From assembly GCF_009914755.1 (NCBI RefSeq), contig NC_060925.1: a stretch of 64,000 nucleotides of DNA. The stretch is one strand, 5' to 3'. The notes below the pieces were generated by a model that saw only the letters and a program-made list of their open reading frames with translations, made no database searches and was not told the origin of the DNA. Position 1 is the stretch's first letter, and every line of letters starts with the position of its first letter. Origin of the DNA: the human T2T-CHM13v2.0 reference genome, Homo sapiens. Positions 27,588 to 41,425 of the stretch are shown in pieces. Both the position numbers and the translations under genes were made by a program.

Positions 27588-28100
27588 TATTTCAGTGGCT
27601 TAAAATAAATAATTTTATTTTCTCCTAATTCTGTTGAATTCTCTTGAATAGTAGAATTTCTCCTAATTCTGCTTCAGCTGGGATCAGTGGATATTTTTTC
27701 TGCGAGTCTCACATGAGGTCACTTATGTGACTGCAGCAACTTGGAGGCTTAATGGATGAAATAATCTAAGATGACCTCGCTCACATGTCTGGCTGTTGGC
27801 AAAACCCACACCCCTCACCAATTGTCAAGAAGGCTAGCTCATGCTTCTTTAGAAAGTGTTACTTGGTTTCCAAGGGGTTGACAATAGAAGCTACAAGGCC
27901 TCTAAGGCATAGACCTGGAACTCTGATAACATAACACCCATCACATCCCATTGATCACAGGGAGTTACAAGGCAGACCCAAACATAAGTAGGTAAAGAAA
28001 CTGCCTCTGCCTCTTGATGAAAGGAACATTAATGTCACACTGCAAAGAAGTGTGCACACAGACATGAGAGCATTTATGCCTCTTCCCCCTGTTTTTGGAA
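27588..28100 (-). mobile_element. MLT1 (F/G/H-like) LTR, right piece
   Basis: Resumes with cagtggcttaaaataaataa; then gctcacatgtctggctgttggc, gaagctacaaggcctct, ctcttgatgaaaggaac...gtcacactgcaaagaag. Confidence 0.75.
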
Positions 28101-28332
28101 TCAGTATTAGTGGTTATGCTAAAAGTTCTTGCCATTCTTTTGCATCGGTGTTTACACAATATAATACTTTGTTAAGATGCAGAGAATCTAATTTCTATTT
28201 TACTGCAGGTAACTCACTCCTACGGTTACATACTATAGAGACAATGCTTTTCTGATTCAAATGAATGGCAATATTGATATTTTTAAGATTTTTTTCTTTT
28301 ATTACAAGTCAATGGAGAAGGCTGACAATTAT

Positions 28333-28385
28333 ATGTGTATATATACATGTATACATATATGTATATACATATATCATATATGCGT

Positions 28386-28422
<37 letters not shown>
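28333..28422 (+). repeat. (TA)/(TG) compound microsatellite
   Basis: Read directly from the sequence. Confidence 0.9.
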
Positions 28423-28423
<1 letters not shown>

Positions 28424-30806
28424 TCTCTCAGAAAGAGGTTGAGGGCAAAATTAGTCCTGTAGTGTGCGTGTGTTTTGGTTTCTGTTAAATGATGATCTAT
28501 AATTGATTTGTGTGCCAACTAGAACTGCCTCAGACTGTTTTCAGCTATTTTGTTCTCAATTCAATATGTAGCATTATTCACAAAGAGCATTACCGCCCTT
28601 TCCCAGATAATCAATCATAAACTAAAGAGAAAAAGACTGTTTTTAATGGGATATTGAGAAAAAGAGGAAGTGACTAAATGACTTGGGTGAGGGGGAGTGA
28701 TCTTAGTAAGTATGAACTGTTTTGTAATAGGTCCAGCTTTCTTAGCATTCCCTTTTTATTTAACCTTATACTGTTAGAGATGTCAGGGCAGAAATCAATG
28801 TAGGGGGTTAGGGACAAGCATTCAAGCCTCATGTATCTAGGCACTTTATAGACAGTATGTTATTTAAACTTCCGAACAATTCTATTAAATGGTATGTATT
28901 TTTACCTATTAGATTGTACCTATTTTTCAAATTAGAAAACAGGTTTGAGAAGGTTAGTAATTTATCCAAATTCATACAGAGAGAAAGTAACAGAGGTGGG
29001 AGAAGGCAACACATGAGCTTAAATCCAAATCAATATTCTTTCTCCTATTATACATAGTCTTTTGATTTAGGGATGTTAACATCATTATCCCTAATTTTTC
29101 TGCATTTCTAAAGGGTCATAAGTAAACAGGTACAATAACCTGCAGTTATTAAATAAACACAAAGAATATAGGGCACATTGTATCTGATAACTGTTCTACT
29201 AGAAACATTTATCAATAAGCATTGCTTAAAGAAGCCACAAAAATATCTTACCCCCCTTTTCAGGATGATTACAATTTGGGCTGGTTTATTTCACTGTTTT
29301 AGAGGAACCACTGGGAGAAATGTGGGTTGGTAATGAACATTAATGGGCTGTAACTTTGTTATATTAAATCTTTAATCTGGCCTTTAAAATATTAATTTAG
29401 AAGTCCTAGGTTCTATGGTGAAGGAGCAAACTAATTCAATAAGAATCAAATCCAATGTGTGTATTTGTTTTTACATTATAACATCTCTGAAATCAGAATT
29501 TCTCTTACAGCCAGTAATAAGAAAGCATTTGTCATATTTTAATTGTTTGAGAGTGTCCTCAACTCAAAATGACAAGCTAAGGCAGGCGGCACCACTCTTT
29601 TCTCTCTTTTATAGATGTGGTAACTGAAGCACGTAAATTTAAGTAGCTTGTCCAATGCCACACAGGTAGTAAGCGGTAGAACCAAGATTTGAAGCAAGGA
29701 AGTCTGAGTAGCAAGAAAGTCTGAGATAACAAAAATAATCTGACTTTGGGGTACAAAATGCAAAATCTGGAGAAATTTGGAGAATGGAAAACTCACAACG
29801 AATGGCATGTCATTGGGAAAATTTCTGTACCCTAGTCTTTATCCTAATCTTTATCTTGCGGCTAATTCATTCAGTGATGTCATTGGCCCATTGCTTTCTC
29901 CTCTCTGATACTCCTTCTGCTCATCTTCACTCTCCACTCCTCATCATTAAGCTGATATTCTCTGGTCCAAAGCCTCAGCCTGTCTCTAATCAAATCCTAT
30001 ACTCCCTTTTCCTGTGATAGTTCCTGTTTCTTTCAATAGGAAGCTCAACAATGAATGAACCCATCTGTGGGTTCAAACATAGATGAAACAAACACAGAGA
30101 GAAATCATACAACTGGGTAGATTCTTGATCACTTCCCTCAGCTGGACCCTCAAAACTTTAGCAAAATCTGCTCTTTTTCCCTTTAACTGTCTCCCACTTT
30201 TTTCACACCGACTCTTTCAAGTATCCTTCACCTGCTTCAAGTCTTCCTTCTCATTTTTTCTCCAATTCCAATTTACTCTAAAATATCTAATTTTATCTTG
30301 AATTATAATCTAACTAAAATGTTAAAATGTCATTATAATAACCATGCTGAAAGATGTTCATTCATTTTTATGGAACAAAAGTAAAAATTAAAGGCAATGT
30401 AATAGCCTAATTTTAGAAGAGCCAGACTTAGAACTAGTCTCTTGATTACCAATAATGATCTCCATTTCCCATTGTCTCAAAAAGTGGTTCATGCACATAC
30501 ACACACACATGCAAAAATACACACAAGCACATATATATTTGACCTTATGTTCTCTTCCTGTGAATTGGTAATTCATTCATGTGGTTTGAAATCAAAATCA
30601 CAACACTTTCCCTCTTATCCACCCCATTTCCTCCTACCCACTGTAGGTGGACAGCATTCCAGTGTTTCTTTGTGCAAATATATATGAATAAAAAACAAGT
30701 ATTTTATATTTCTACTTTTCATATTAAAATCAGCATTATTTGTATATATGTATTTATTTTTCACTAAAATATTTTTATCATTTTCTGTTTATTTGCTATT
30801 TTAGTA

Positions 30807-31298
30807 CAGTTGACCCTTGAACAACGTGGGAGTTAAGGGTGCTGACTTCTGCACAGTCAAAAATCCATGTATAACTTTTGACTCCCCAAAACTTAACTAC
30901 TAATAGCCCACTACTGACTGAAAGCCTTACTGATAACATAAAGTTGATTAACATGTATTTTATATGTTATATTTATTATACACTGTATTCTTACAATAAA
31001 ATATGCTAGAGAAAAGAAAATGTAATTAGAAATCATAAGGAAGATAAGATATATTTACTATTCATTAAGTAGAAGTGGATCCTCATAAAAGCCATCATCT
31101 TCATGTTGAGTAGGCTGAGGAGAAGGAAGAAGAGAAAGGGTTGGTCTTGATTGTCTTAGAGAGGGCACTGGTGGAAAAGGTGGAGAAGGTGGAAGGGGAA
31201 GCAGAAGAGGCAGGTGCACATGCTGTAACTTTTATTGAAAAAAAAATCTGTGTATAAAGTCTTCACAGTTAAAACCTATATTGTTCAAGGATCAACCA
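30807..31298. mobile_element. Tigger2-family (Tigger2a-like) non-autonomous DNA transposon
   Basis: TIRs ta|cagttgacccttgaacaa (30807) and ttgttcaaggatcaacca (to 31298); internal ttgactccccaaaacttaactactaatagcc. Confidence 0.85.
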
Positions 31299-32194
31299 CA
31301 GTTGCATAGCATGCTAATATATGTATGCACTATAGTTTATGTTCAACTGTTCTCTATTGTAGGCCTCTTGTCTGTGTCCAACTTTTTGCTTTTATGAGGA
31401 GTGCCACAATGAAACGCTGGTATACTTGTCATTTTGTTCATGTGAAAGTATATCTAAGTCAGTTCCTAAAAGTGGGTTAAAGAAGAAAGAAAATTAATAA
31501 TTTTGATGCCTATTTTCCCATAGGTTTGACAACAGAGTATATTTATCACATTTTGCTTTTTTTGTCAATATGATAGGTGAGAAATGATAGCTGAGAAATT
31601 TTCATGTTTAAAAACTGCTTGTATTTTTATTACTGAGAATTACTCACATCCTTTTCTAATTGCTTATTGTATTGGTGGTCTTTTTCTTCTCCATATCTTA
31701 AAGCTTGTTATTTATGTAGGGGTTTAGTTTTAAGTTTCTGACATCAATTAACAATTTTTTCCGCTTTGCCCTTTTTATGTGTGTACATTTTATTTTGATG
31801 TGTTTTGCCTTGTGGACTTCTTTAAAAAATGTAATGCAGCTTCTTAGTCTTTTTCCCTCATAGTTTCTGGATTTTTGAGTTACAAATAGAATCTGCTCTT
31901 CCAAGGCTATGAAGAAATGTGTCTATTTTTTTTCTAGTACTTTTATGGTTTCCCTTTTACATTTATGTCTTTGGTCCACTTAGTGTTTACTGATAAGGAT
32001 CAGAATTTGTCTTTTGATGCTTATCCATTTGTTATAGCACCATTACTAAAAACTTTGTCCTTGACTCACTGATTTGAGATACTACCTTATCATATAATAA
32101 ATTGACGTTTCTACTTGAATCTATTTTTTATTTGGTTTCATTCACATGTCTGCTTATTCCAGTGCCAATAATTTACTGTTTTAGTTGTTAGAGC

Positions 32195-32490
32195 TAGGCT
32201 GTCTAATACATAGGTTATTGAGCACTTGAAATGTGACTGGTATGAGATGAGATGTGCTGTAATTGTAAACTATACACTGGATTTTAAAGATGTAGTTTAA
32301 ATAAAGAATTTTAAATATATTAATAATAACTTATTTTGATTACATGTTGAAATAACGTTTTGATATATTGGCTTAAATAAAATATATTTTAAATTAATTC
32401 TACCTTTTAAAAAATTTTTATATTGTAGCTACTAAATGTTTTAAAATTATATAGGTGGCTTTCGTTAATATTTTTATTAGATAGCACTGC
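32195..32490. mobile_element. MER33/MER3-type hAT-Charlie element
   Basis: gctgtctaata...ttgagcacttgaaatgtg...gattacatgttgaaataa...attagatagcactgc. Confidence 0.8.
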
Positions 32491-33200
32491 TTTTGAGTAT
32501 GATTAATACCTAGTAGAATTATTCCTACATCAGTGTTCTTTAAAAAAAAAAAGTTTTCCTGGTAATTTACTCTTTTTTATTTTTTCCGTATACACTTAGA
32601 ATTAGCTTGTATATTTCTACAACAAATCTATTGATATTTTTATTGGAATTGTGTATAATGTGTAAATTAACTTATAGTTTATATTTTCATTATGTTGCAC
32701 CTTCCTATCCAACAACATGATATGTCTTTCTATTTCTTCAGTCACGCTTAGGTGTATTTTAGGAGTATTTTCAGGTTTTGCTTATATAGGTTTGGCACAT
32801 TTTTCAAAGTTTATTTCATAATATTTTATCTTTCTGTGGCTATTGTAAATGTATATTATTTTCCATTTATCTTCTCACTTGCTGTATCTACGTATGATTG
32901 ATACTAATTTTTATGAATTAATTATTTTCCTTGCTATCTTAATTCATTCTCAATTATCTTGCTTTTGTAGTGTTTTTCTCCATTTTATTCTTTTGTGTTT
33001 TCCAATAACAAAATTTTCTGCAAATAGGAAGAGTTTTCCCACCCCCTTTAAGTGTTATATCTCTAATTATTTTCTCTTGTCAGTACAAAATGAAATAGCA
33101 GTGGTGAGTGTGACTATCCTTTTCTTGTTTAAACTTCAGCAAGAATGTCTCCATTAGGTTGAATGCCAGTTTGTGGGCTGATATTTCTCTCGTCTCTCTG

Positions 33201-33259
33201 ACACATACACACAACGCACACACGCGCGCGCGTGCACACACACACATACACACATGCAC
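33201..33259 (+). repeat. (CA)/(CG)5 alternating purine-pyrimidine microsatellite
   Basis: Read directly; (CG)5 at 33223-33232. Confidence 0.9.
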
Positions 33260-33569
33260 TGTTAAGAAAGTATTCATATATACTTATTTTGATGAATGTT
33301 TAAAAAAATCTAGAATGGATGTTTAATGTTGTCATGTCTTTTCTGATCCAAGGAATGACTATATAATTTTTTTCTGTCAATTAGGTGAATTAGATTAATA
33401 GATTTGATGGTTTTACTTGTGATGTACTATAATTTTAAAGTAGTTCTTTTTTTAGTTTTAATTTTTTTACAGCAGCATCAATTTATACTTTGATTTGCAA
33501 ATGTAAATTAAGATACAGTAAAGAGTAAAATACAAAGAAATGAATGCATGCTGTGCATAGATTATTGAT

Positions 33570-33900
33570 GAGTATTCGCAAGCCATTCTCAATCCCAAGC
33601 TCCCTTGCTGCTTCTACACTGAGTTTGGAGGTAATTGCTCACCACACACCCTCATTTTTAGTTACGAGAGGCCAAGTGACTCAATTATGGCCCATATGAC
33701 AAACAGCAGACTTCCAGGGAAACTTAGAAGAATATTTGCTTTCCTAACAAGAAGAGGAATACCTGGCATAGATTTCCTTCCTCTTCCGTCTTCCCCCTTC
33801 TTCCTATTAAATGCCAACAGTGACTGGCATTCAACTCCCATCTTGGCATTCCTGAAGATGTTCAGCTACTACACCTCTTTTCTTCTTGTTATGTTAAACC
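33570..33900 (+). mobile_element. Old MLT1 (J/K-like) LTR fragment
   Basis: gaggccaagtgactcaattatggcccatatga...tttgctttcctaacaagaagagg...cccatcttggca. Confidence 0.55.
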
Positions 33901-34169
33901 ATTTCTTGATTTTGCTTTTTAACATCTCACTTAGGATATTTGCACTGATATTCACAAGTGAGATTTTTCTGTAGATGCTTTTGAATTTTTTTCATGTTTT
34001 AGTATGAATGCTTTCATTGCTTTTTAATTTTTTTAAAAAATTTATTGTCCTTACTGTTTTCTGGAATAGTTAAAATTGCATTGGAATAAGCTATTATTTG
34101 ACAGTCGTTTCCATCCTACTAAGATTGAGAAGGAACTTCCCTTACGTAAAGGTTTTTAAAGGCTCCAAT

Positions 34170-35540
34170 TCTTTTCTGGATCTCACCCTCTCTTAATGTC
34201 TCATAGACTTTGAGCCATGGTTATACATACTGTCTCCTCATGATTTTCAGTGTTTCTCTTTATGCTGGCCCTTTCCTTCAGAATGTAAACATATGCCTAC
34301 TTATCAAATTTAAAACTAAACAAAACTCCTACCAAACTCATTGACCCAAGGAAAACAAACCATCGTAAAGTGCAGCACTTCCTCTGATTATTTCAAAATC
34401 TTTCTTTTCTTCCCTGATCAGACTTTTGGGAGAGTTTTCAACACTGACTGTCCATTTTCTCCCTTCATTATCACTCTTCAGCACACTCTACTCTGCCTTC
34501 CCCCTTAGGTTACTAATAACTGATGGGTCTGCGAATCTAATAAGCCCCTTCCTGCAACATTCACTACCTTTCCTCCTTTCCTTTGGCATCTGTGGCCACT
34601 CCTGATTGTTGTCCCACCACTCTGATATCCATTCACTCAGAGCCAACTTGTTTTTAAGAAACTTCAAACTTAAAATATCTGAAAGTGAGTTAATTACGTT
34701 TCTCCACCCAACAACACAGAAAATACTGTTTTGCTGGCAATATTCTCTGCTTCAGTAAATCATGCTTCCATTCACCAACTTTTCCAAACCAGTAATATGG
34801 GAGTCATCCCTAGTATCACTCTGTTCCTTATATTCGCTGTCACCAAGGACTGTTGACTCTAAATCTGAACTCCTTCCCAATCCATCTAATTTTCTTTAAT
34901 CCAAACCATCCATTCCCTATCTCTTTCATTATTACTGCAAGTCTCTCACATGTCCTCTCCAACTCTAATTTTGCTTCCCCTTCATCTGTTCCTTGCATTG
35001 CTGCTGGAGTGATCTTTCAAAAACACAAACTTGCAAATGACTCCCTGCATAAAAGTACTCAGTGATTTTCCATTTCCTTCAGAATAAAGTCCAGACTCCT
35101 TAGCTGCATTATAAGGGCCTGTGTGGTCTGGCCTCACTCATATCTAACAGTTCTCCTTACAAATTACCCCCCTTAGAAATGAAACTATTTCCACATTTCA
35201 AAAGTGGTGAGGTATCTCTCTCACTTAACCACCATATGCTGCTTATGCTGGCCTACCTTTTGGAAATCGTCCCTTTCCCTCTCCATTTTACCTGATAAAT
35301 TTTTGATGATGTTTCAATTTAAAGCGTAGCGGATCATCTTTGACAACTAAGCTAACTTCTCTTGTTATGGGTTTCTTTAGAGTCTAGTATTTCCTTGTCT
35401 TAAGACTGATCACACTTAATTGTGGTTATATAGTGTCTGTCTTTTTTGTTGGAATGAAGACTGTGAGGAGTTGAGAACTATCAGTTCCCTGAGCCTAACA
35501 TTTAGATACTGAATAACAGCTGATTACATGAATGAATGAA
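34170..35540 (+). mobile_element. L2 LINE 3' portion
   Basis: cttcaaacttaaaatatctgaaagtgag, cagaataaagtccagactccttagc, terminal catgaatgaatgaa. Confidence 0.7.
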
Positions 35541-35724
35541 GAATATTTGTTAGAAGACAGAATTTTTTTAGAATTTTAAATTGCAGAGATCAAGTGAGAA
35601 GGTTCCAGTTGTATTAGATCTGAGAAATGTGATTAAAGCAGTGTTTTTGCAAGATTAATTTGACATTTTTCTGTTGAAACAGATTAGGGACAGATTAGAT
35701 GGAGGTTTGTAGTGATGAGAACAT

Positions 35725-35880
35725 AGACAAGTGGCTTCATATTAGAGTCACCTGGTGATATTAAAAAAAATACCTGTTTCCCAAGCTGCCCCAGACTGAT
35801 TAAATTCACTGATTGCAAGAAAACCTAGGATTTGTACTTTTTTAAGTCAAACGCTCACACCCATCCAGGATTTTCTGAAG
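35725..35880. mobile_element. MER5A/B-like hAT fragment
   Basis: ggcttcatattagagtcacctggtgatattaaaaaaaatacctg...ccccagactgattaaattca. Confidence 0.6.
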
Positions 35881-36042
35881 TTAAAATGGTAACAGTATAA
35901 TTGGTATGGGCAAAATATATTTTTCCTAAGAATGATAGAATGTGAATGTGGGCTTTTCAAGTCTAGTGGACCAGAGAGCCCCATTGCAGTGTTAAAGAAA
36001 TGGCGAAGTAGAAGAGGGGAGTTGTTTTAAAGAAAGAGAGAG

Positions 36043-36596
<554 letters not shown>

Positions 36597-39374
36597 TTAA
36601 ATACCTGACCATCTTCTACTAAGTTATGATTCAAATGTTCCGTTATCTAGGAGGCTTCCTCTCCTCTGCAGGGCCCATTGTCCTAGCTACACCTCAATAA
36701 CTGCTTTCTTTTCTTTTTTTTTTTTGTCTTTTCCTCAACTCAATTCTAAGCTCTCTAAGGACAAGTATGTTGCCTTACTCATACTTGTGAACTCAGTGCT
36801 CAGGACACTGGCATGCATAGAATAAACACCCTCTGAATGTTTGCAGAATGAGTCAGTGATTAGATATGAGACTGGATGAATTCTCCTGAAGAGTAAATGC
36901 TAAGGAGAAAAGAGTGTCTTGTAGGAGGCATTTGCAGACAGACGAAGCTATAGAGAGGGACAATGCAAGTAACCTCAAATGAGAGTGTGGAAAGGCGGGA
37001 AAGCAGCCAGAGCTTCATTGTTATGAAAAAAGAGTGAAATGTGCTCTGTTGAAGAGTTGAAGAATGAACAAAGGATATTTAGTTTGAATGGAAGCTCAGT
37101 AATGAGAAATGAGAATGGTTGAGTTCTTAAAAGAAGCAAGTAAAGAAGAGGATTTGTGGGCTACTATTCTCATTCAGTGAATCTCATACGACCCTTGCCT
37201 AGTGTTAAATATGTTAATGAATTCATGTCATGCTGCTCAGTCTTACTAGCCTTCATCATCCAGAGTAAAATGCATATGATTCCTATGAAAATTTGTGGAA
37301 AGGAATATATTAATAGGTTAGAAGAATTAGAAGAATGAAAAGAAATAATTTTTGCTTTTTAAATGGAGAATCATGCATATTTGGAGACACAAGGGAAGAA
37401 GCCCATGGAGAAGGAGAGATGAAGCTGTAAAAGAAAGATGCTATGAATGTGCTCTCGACAGGTGAGAAGATGCCTCGACAGGTGAGGAGAGAGTATTGTG
37501 AGCCCAAGTAGAGGAGATGGCTTTGAGATGCAGAAAAATATCTCTTTCTCAAGACCCCATTTATTTTAGACGGTTCGCGGAGCAATGGTGCTCAATCAAT
37601 CTTTACCATAGTTATTACATAAACCCTTTATACATTTCATCATTAATATTCTTTTCTACTATGGTTTGAGATGCAGAATAAGGAAGATAAACCTATTTGT
37701 CAGTATTTGACCATAATCAAAATCAATTTTTATCTGGAGTCTTTATGTTTGTTGCATGTGTATATGTGTTTAAAAACTAAGTTCTGGGAAGATAGCATTA
37801 CACTTAATTCCGTTGGATTACTTTTGGATCATGTAAGCATACTGATTTCTAACTTGTTTAAATATTTGAATTATTTGATTCTCTACCAGAGATTAATAAC
37901 TCTAAAAAAATTTACTGGTTGGATTAAAAGTGCCTGTAGTTTATCCCTATATTTCATAGAGTACAGAGCGAGATAGCACATTTGTCTGACAAATTTATAT
38001 TTATGTCAGATAATATCAGTTTTGTTATCACCATCTGCATTCTGCTATATTTTAACAACAATGTGAACAGTATACATATAAAATTGTGGATTTACATGAG
38101 ATATCATCATTAATTTTCAAATAACTAAACGTTATTTTGTTAGTTTAAAAACTTTAGAGTATTAAGTTAAATAGCAACTGCAGTTCTATTTTGTGTTCTT
38201 GGAAATATTACACTTTATAGAGGAGTCTATTAAGGGAAGAAGAAAACCATGCCAAATTAAAGATAGTTTAAATGATAATATAAGTGATAAAAAAACTGTT
38301 TTGATATGAAAGGAAGTTATTACATGGTATCGTGGTTATTTACTGAAGATTTATATAGTGTTTATATAGTACATGACCTACTTTTTTTAAAGTTGCTAAT
38401 TGTCAGGTATCCCAAGCCAATATCTACTGCATATTTTCTGTAACAATATATGCAATGAAATTGTGTGTTATGTTTACATTATGATTTCAACGTTTGTTCT
38501 TTTCTTCAAAAATTACAGGATATCATAGAGACTGCTAGTCAGCGGAACATGTTATCCTAATATAGGTATATTTATACAAGATTTAAAATAAAGATTTTTC
38601 TATTTTCTTAATATGTGTCTAGAAGTTAAATAAACATTATAATCACAGAAGTCAGATAAAAAGAAATTCATAGTCCTCTAGACAAAAAATGTAAATCTTT
38701 TAGTTTATTAATCATTTGTAATCATAATCTAGATGTACATTTTAATATCAGAAGAATTTCCCATGTAACCACATAGTCTCTATAATGTTCATTTTAATGG
38801 ACTCATAATAATAAAGTTAATATTTATTTATTTAAACACTCCTTACTGTAGGACAATTACGTTGTTTACAGTTTTCCAAATGTAGATAATATTGAACTAC
38901 ACTTCTTTGCAACTGTCATTTTTTCTTTCTCCTAGCTTTGGATTCACCAGACCTAGGTTTAATCTTAGCCTCTACCACTTACTAGCAGTGATTTTGGAAA
39001 ATTATGTAACTACTAAATTTTAGTGCCCTCAACTATAAAATGTGATTACTATTTATTACTTTGCAAGGTTTTGTGGAAGTTAAATTCTGCAAATATTACA
39101 TTCTTTTCATGCATATTTATTGAACATATATTCTGTGACAGGTGCTATTCTGGATTCTAGGGATATTCTACTGGAGAAAACAAAAGCTGAGCTGTGAGGG
39201 CATGCCACATTTAGAGGTTGGGTCATAGAAAGAAGTCAGAAAAAGAGAGAATCATTAGCCTAAGGAGAGAATCAAGAGAGAAATTGTCTTCTGGAAGCCT
39301 AGTGAAAACAGTATATTTGACAAGCATGGAGTGATTTAGAATAAGAGCAATGCAAAATAAAACTACTGTCTCTC

Positions 39375-39740
39375 ATGTATTACACTGGACAGCAACTTGA
39401 TAATACCTATAAAAATTGTAAGTGAATTTACCTTATAATTCAGTAATCCCACTTCCAGGAACTTCTACTATATACATAATGCATATAAAAGGCACTAATA
39501 TGAAGTTATGACTGAATATCACTATTCATTGAAACATTTTATATAGCAGCAAAAAATTGGATATAACCTGATGTTCATCTATAGGAAGCTGATTATTCAA
39601 ACTCAAGTGCATCCACATGATGGAATATTATGCAGTTTTAGAAAAGGATAAGGAATCTCTTTACAGAGCTAATATGAAAAATCTCCATGTTGTATTATTA
39701 AGTAAAAAATACTTATCTATACCTTATCTATAATAAAGGG
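39375..39740 (+). mobile_element. L1ME-type ORF2 end / 3' UTR fragment
   Basis: cagtaatcccacttccagg, aaattggatataacctgatgttcatctatagg, atggaatattatgcagtt. Confidence 0.7.
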
Positions 39741-39810
39741 AGGGGCTAATGATACATATCCATAGTTGTGTGTGTGTGTTTGTGTATGTACACTTTAAAA
39801 ATCATTTTGA

Positions 39811-40102
39811 GGCCAGGCATGATGGCTCACACCTGTAATCCCAGCACTTTGGGAGTCTGAGGTGGGTGGATCACAAGGTCAGGCGTTTAAGATCAGCCTT
39901 GCCAAGATAGTGAAACCCCGTCTCTACTAAAAATACAAAAAAAAAAAAAAAAAAAATTAGCCAGGTGTGGTGGTAGGCGCCTGTAATCCCAGCTACTTGG
40001 GAGGCTGAGGCAGAGAACTGCTTGACCCCGGGAGGCTGAGATCGCAACACTGCACTCCAGCCTGGGTGACAGAGTGAAACTCTGTCTAAAAAAAAAAATA
40101 GT
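39811..40102 (+). mobile_element. AluS (Sg-like), deletion in right arm
   Basis: ggccaggcatgatggctcac...; near-TSD aaaaatcattttga (39797-39810) and aacaattattttga (40103-40116). Confidence 0.95.
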
Positions 40103-41063
40103 AACAATTATTTTGATATTTGGGTAACTTTTTTTTTGATAAAGGGTGCAAGAAGGAGAGTAAGATCAACTCTTTCAAATGCTGCTAATAGGTTACTAAG
40201 ATGAGCTCTAAAATTGCCCATTAGGTTTGGCAAAGGAGATATTTTAAAAAATACAACATCTTCTAGAAGCTGTGTTGAAAGGGGAGGAGATACATGGAAT
40301 GGTAGCTAGAAGATGATGTGAGGCCAATGGAAAAAATATTGTTAGGGTATATAGTGAGGTGACTAATTCACCACACACTGATGTTAATAATTCACTCACA
40401 GATTATAGAGGGGAATATTGATGATGCAAAGACAGTGAGAGAATTACTCGTGTGGGTAAAAAACCTAACAATGATGATGCATCTGGTCCTCATTTCCTTT
40501 TGGATTCCCATTTTCATACTTCAGAGTAATGTCAAGCTACACTCAACAGAAATATTTAACCACCTTCTTCATTCCCTTACATGTGTTCCCTTTTAAACTA
40601 TTTCTCTACTGTGTGGAAGTACTGATAGATTAGAACAGATAGACCAGATCAGAATTCTTAGAGTTCTAAATAAGACCGTATATGTAGCTATCTAATTTAA
40701 TATTAAAACCATCCTGTGAACTTTATGTTATGATTTCCACTTTACAGATAAGGAAACAGGTCTTCAGGTTATCTTGTCCATGCTTTAAAAATGGCTAATG
40801 GCACATTTCAAATTCAAATGTCATTCACCAGATATTTATTGAGCACCTATCTTGCATTAGGCATTTATCTAGGTATGGAAATAAAAGGATGAATTAGATT
40901 GATATGACCTCTGGCCTCATAATGGCTGTAGTCTTTTGAGGGAAAGAGATTCAGTAAATCATTATGATTACAAGAGATGTTACAACAGGCAAATGCTATG
41001 TACAAGTAGAAACAAAATTCTATACTGAGAAAATAAGCTATAATCAAATGTGCTATGGGCCAT

Positions 41064-41425
41064 CCTGTGGTTTGAATGTGTCACTCAAAGTTCATATATT
41101 GGAAACTTAATCTACAATCCCACAGTGTTGGGAGGTGGGACTTAATAAAAGGACATTAGGTCATGAGGTTTCTGCCCTCATCAATGGATTAATGTCATTA
41201 ACTAGGGAGTGGGTTTGTTATCATGAGCATGAGCTTGTTTTAAATATGAGGTCACCTCCCTCTTGCTCTCTTGCCCTTGTGACCTCTCTTGCACTTCCTC
41301 CTTCCACCATGGAATTATGCAGCATGAAGATCCTCACCAGATGCGGCGCCATGCTCTTTGACTTTCCAGCTTACAGAACTATAAGAAATAAATTTCTATT
41401 CTTTATAAATTACTCAATCTCATGT
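41064..41425 (+). mobile_element. MST (MSTD/C-like) MaLR solo LTR
   Basis: tgtggtttgaatgtg...ctgccctcatcaatggattaat...agaaataaatttctattctttataaattac. Confidence 0.85.

Larger units (their letters stand above)
30560..34090 (-). mobile_element. Old L1M (MC/ME-type) antisense relic interrupted by Tigger2, MER33 and MLT1
   Basis: T-rich ORF2/3' end motifs such as ttttacatttatgtctttggtccac, gcaccattactaaaaact, cttcctatccaacaacatgatatgtc, ttttctgcaaataggaagagtttt. Confidence 0.7.
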
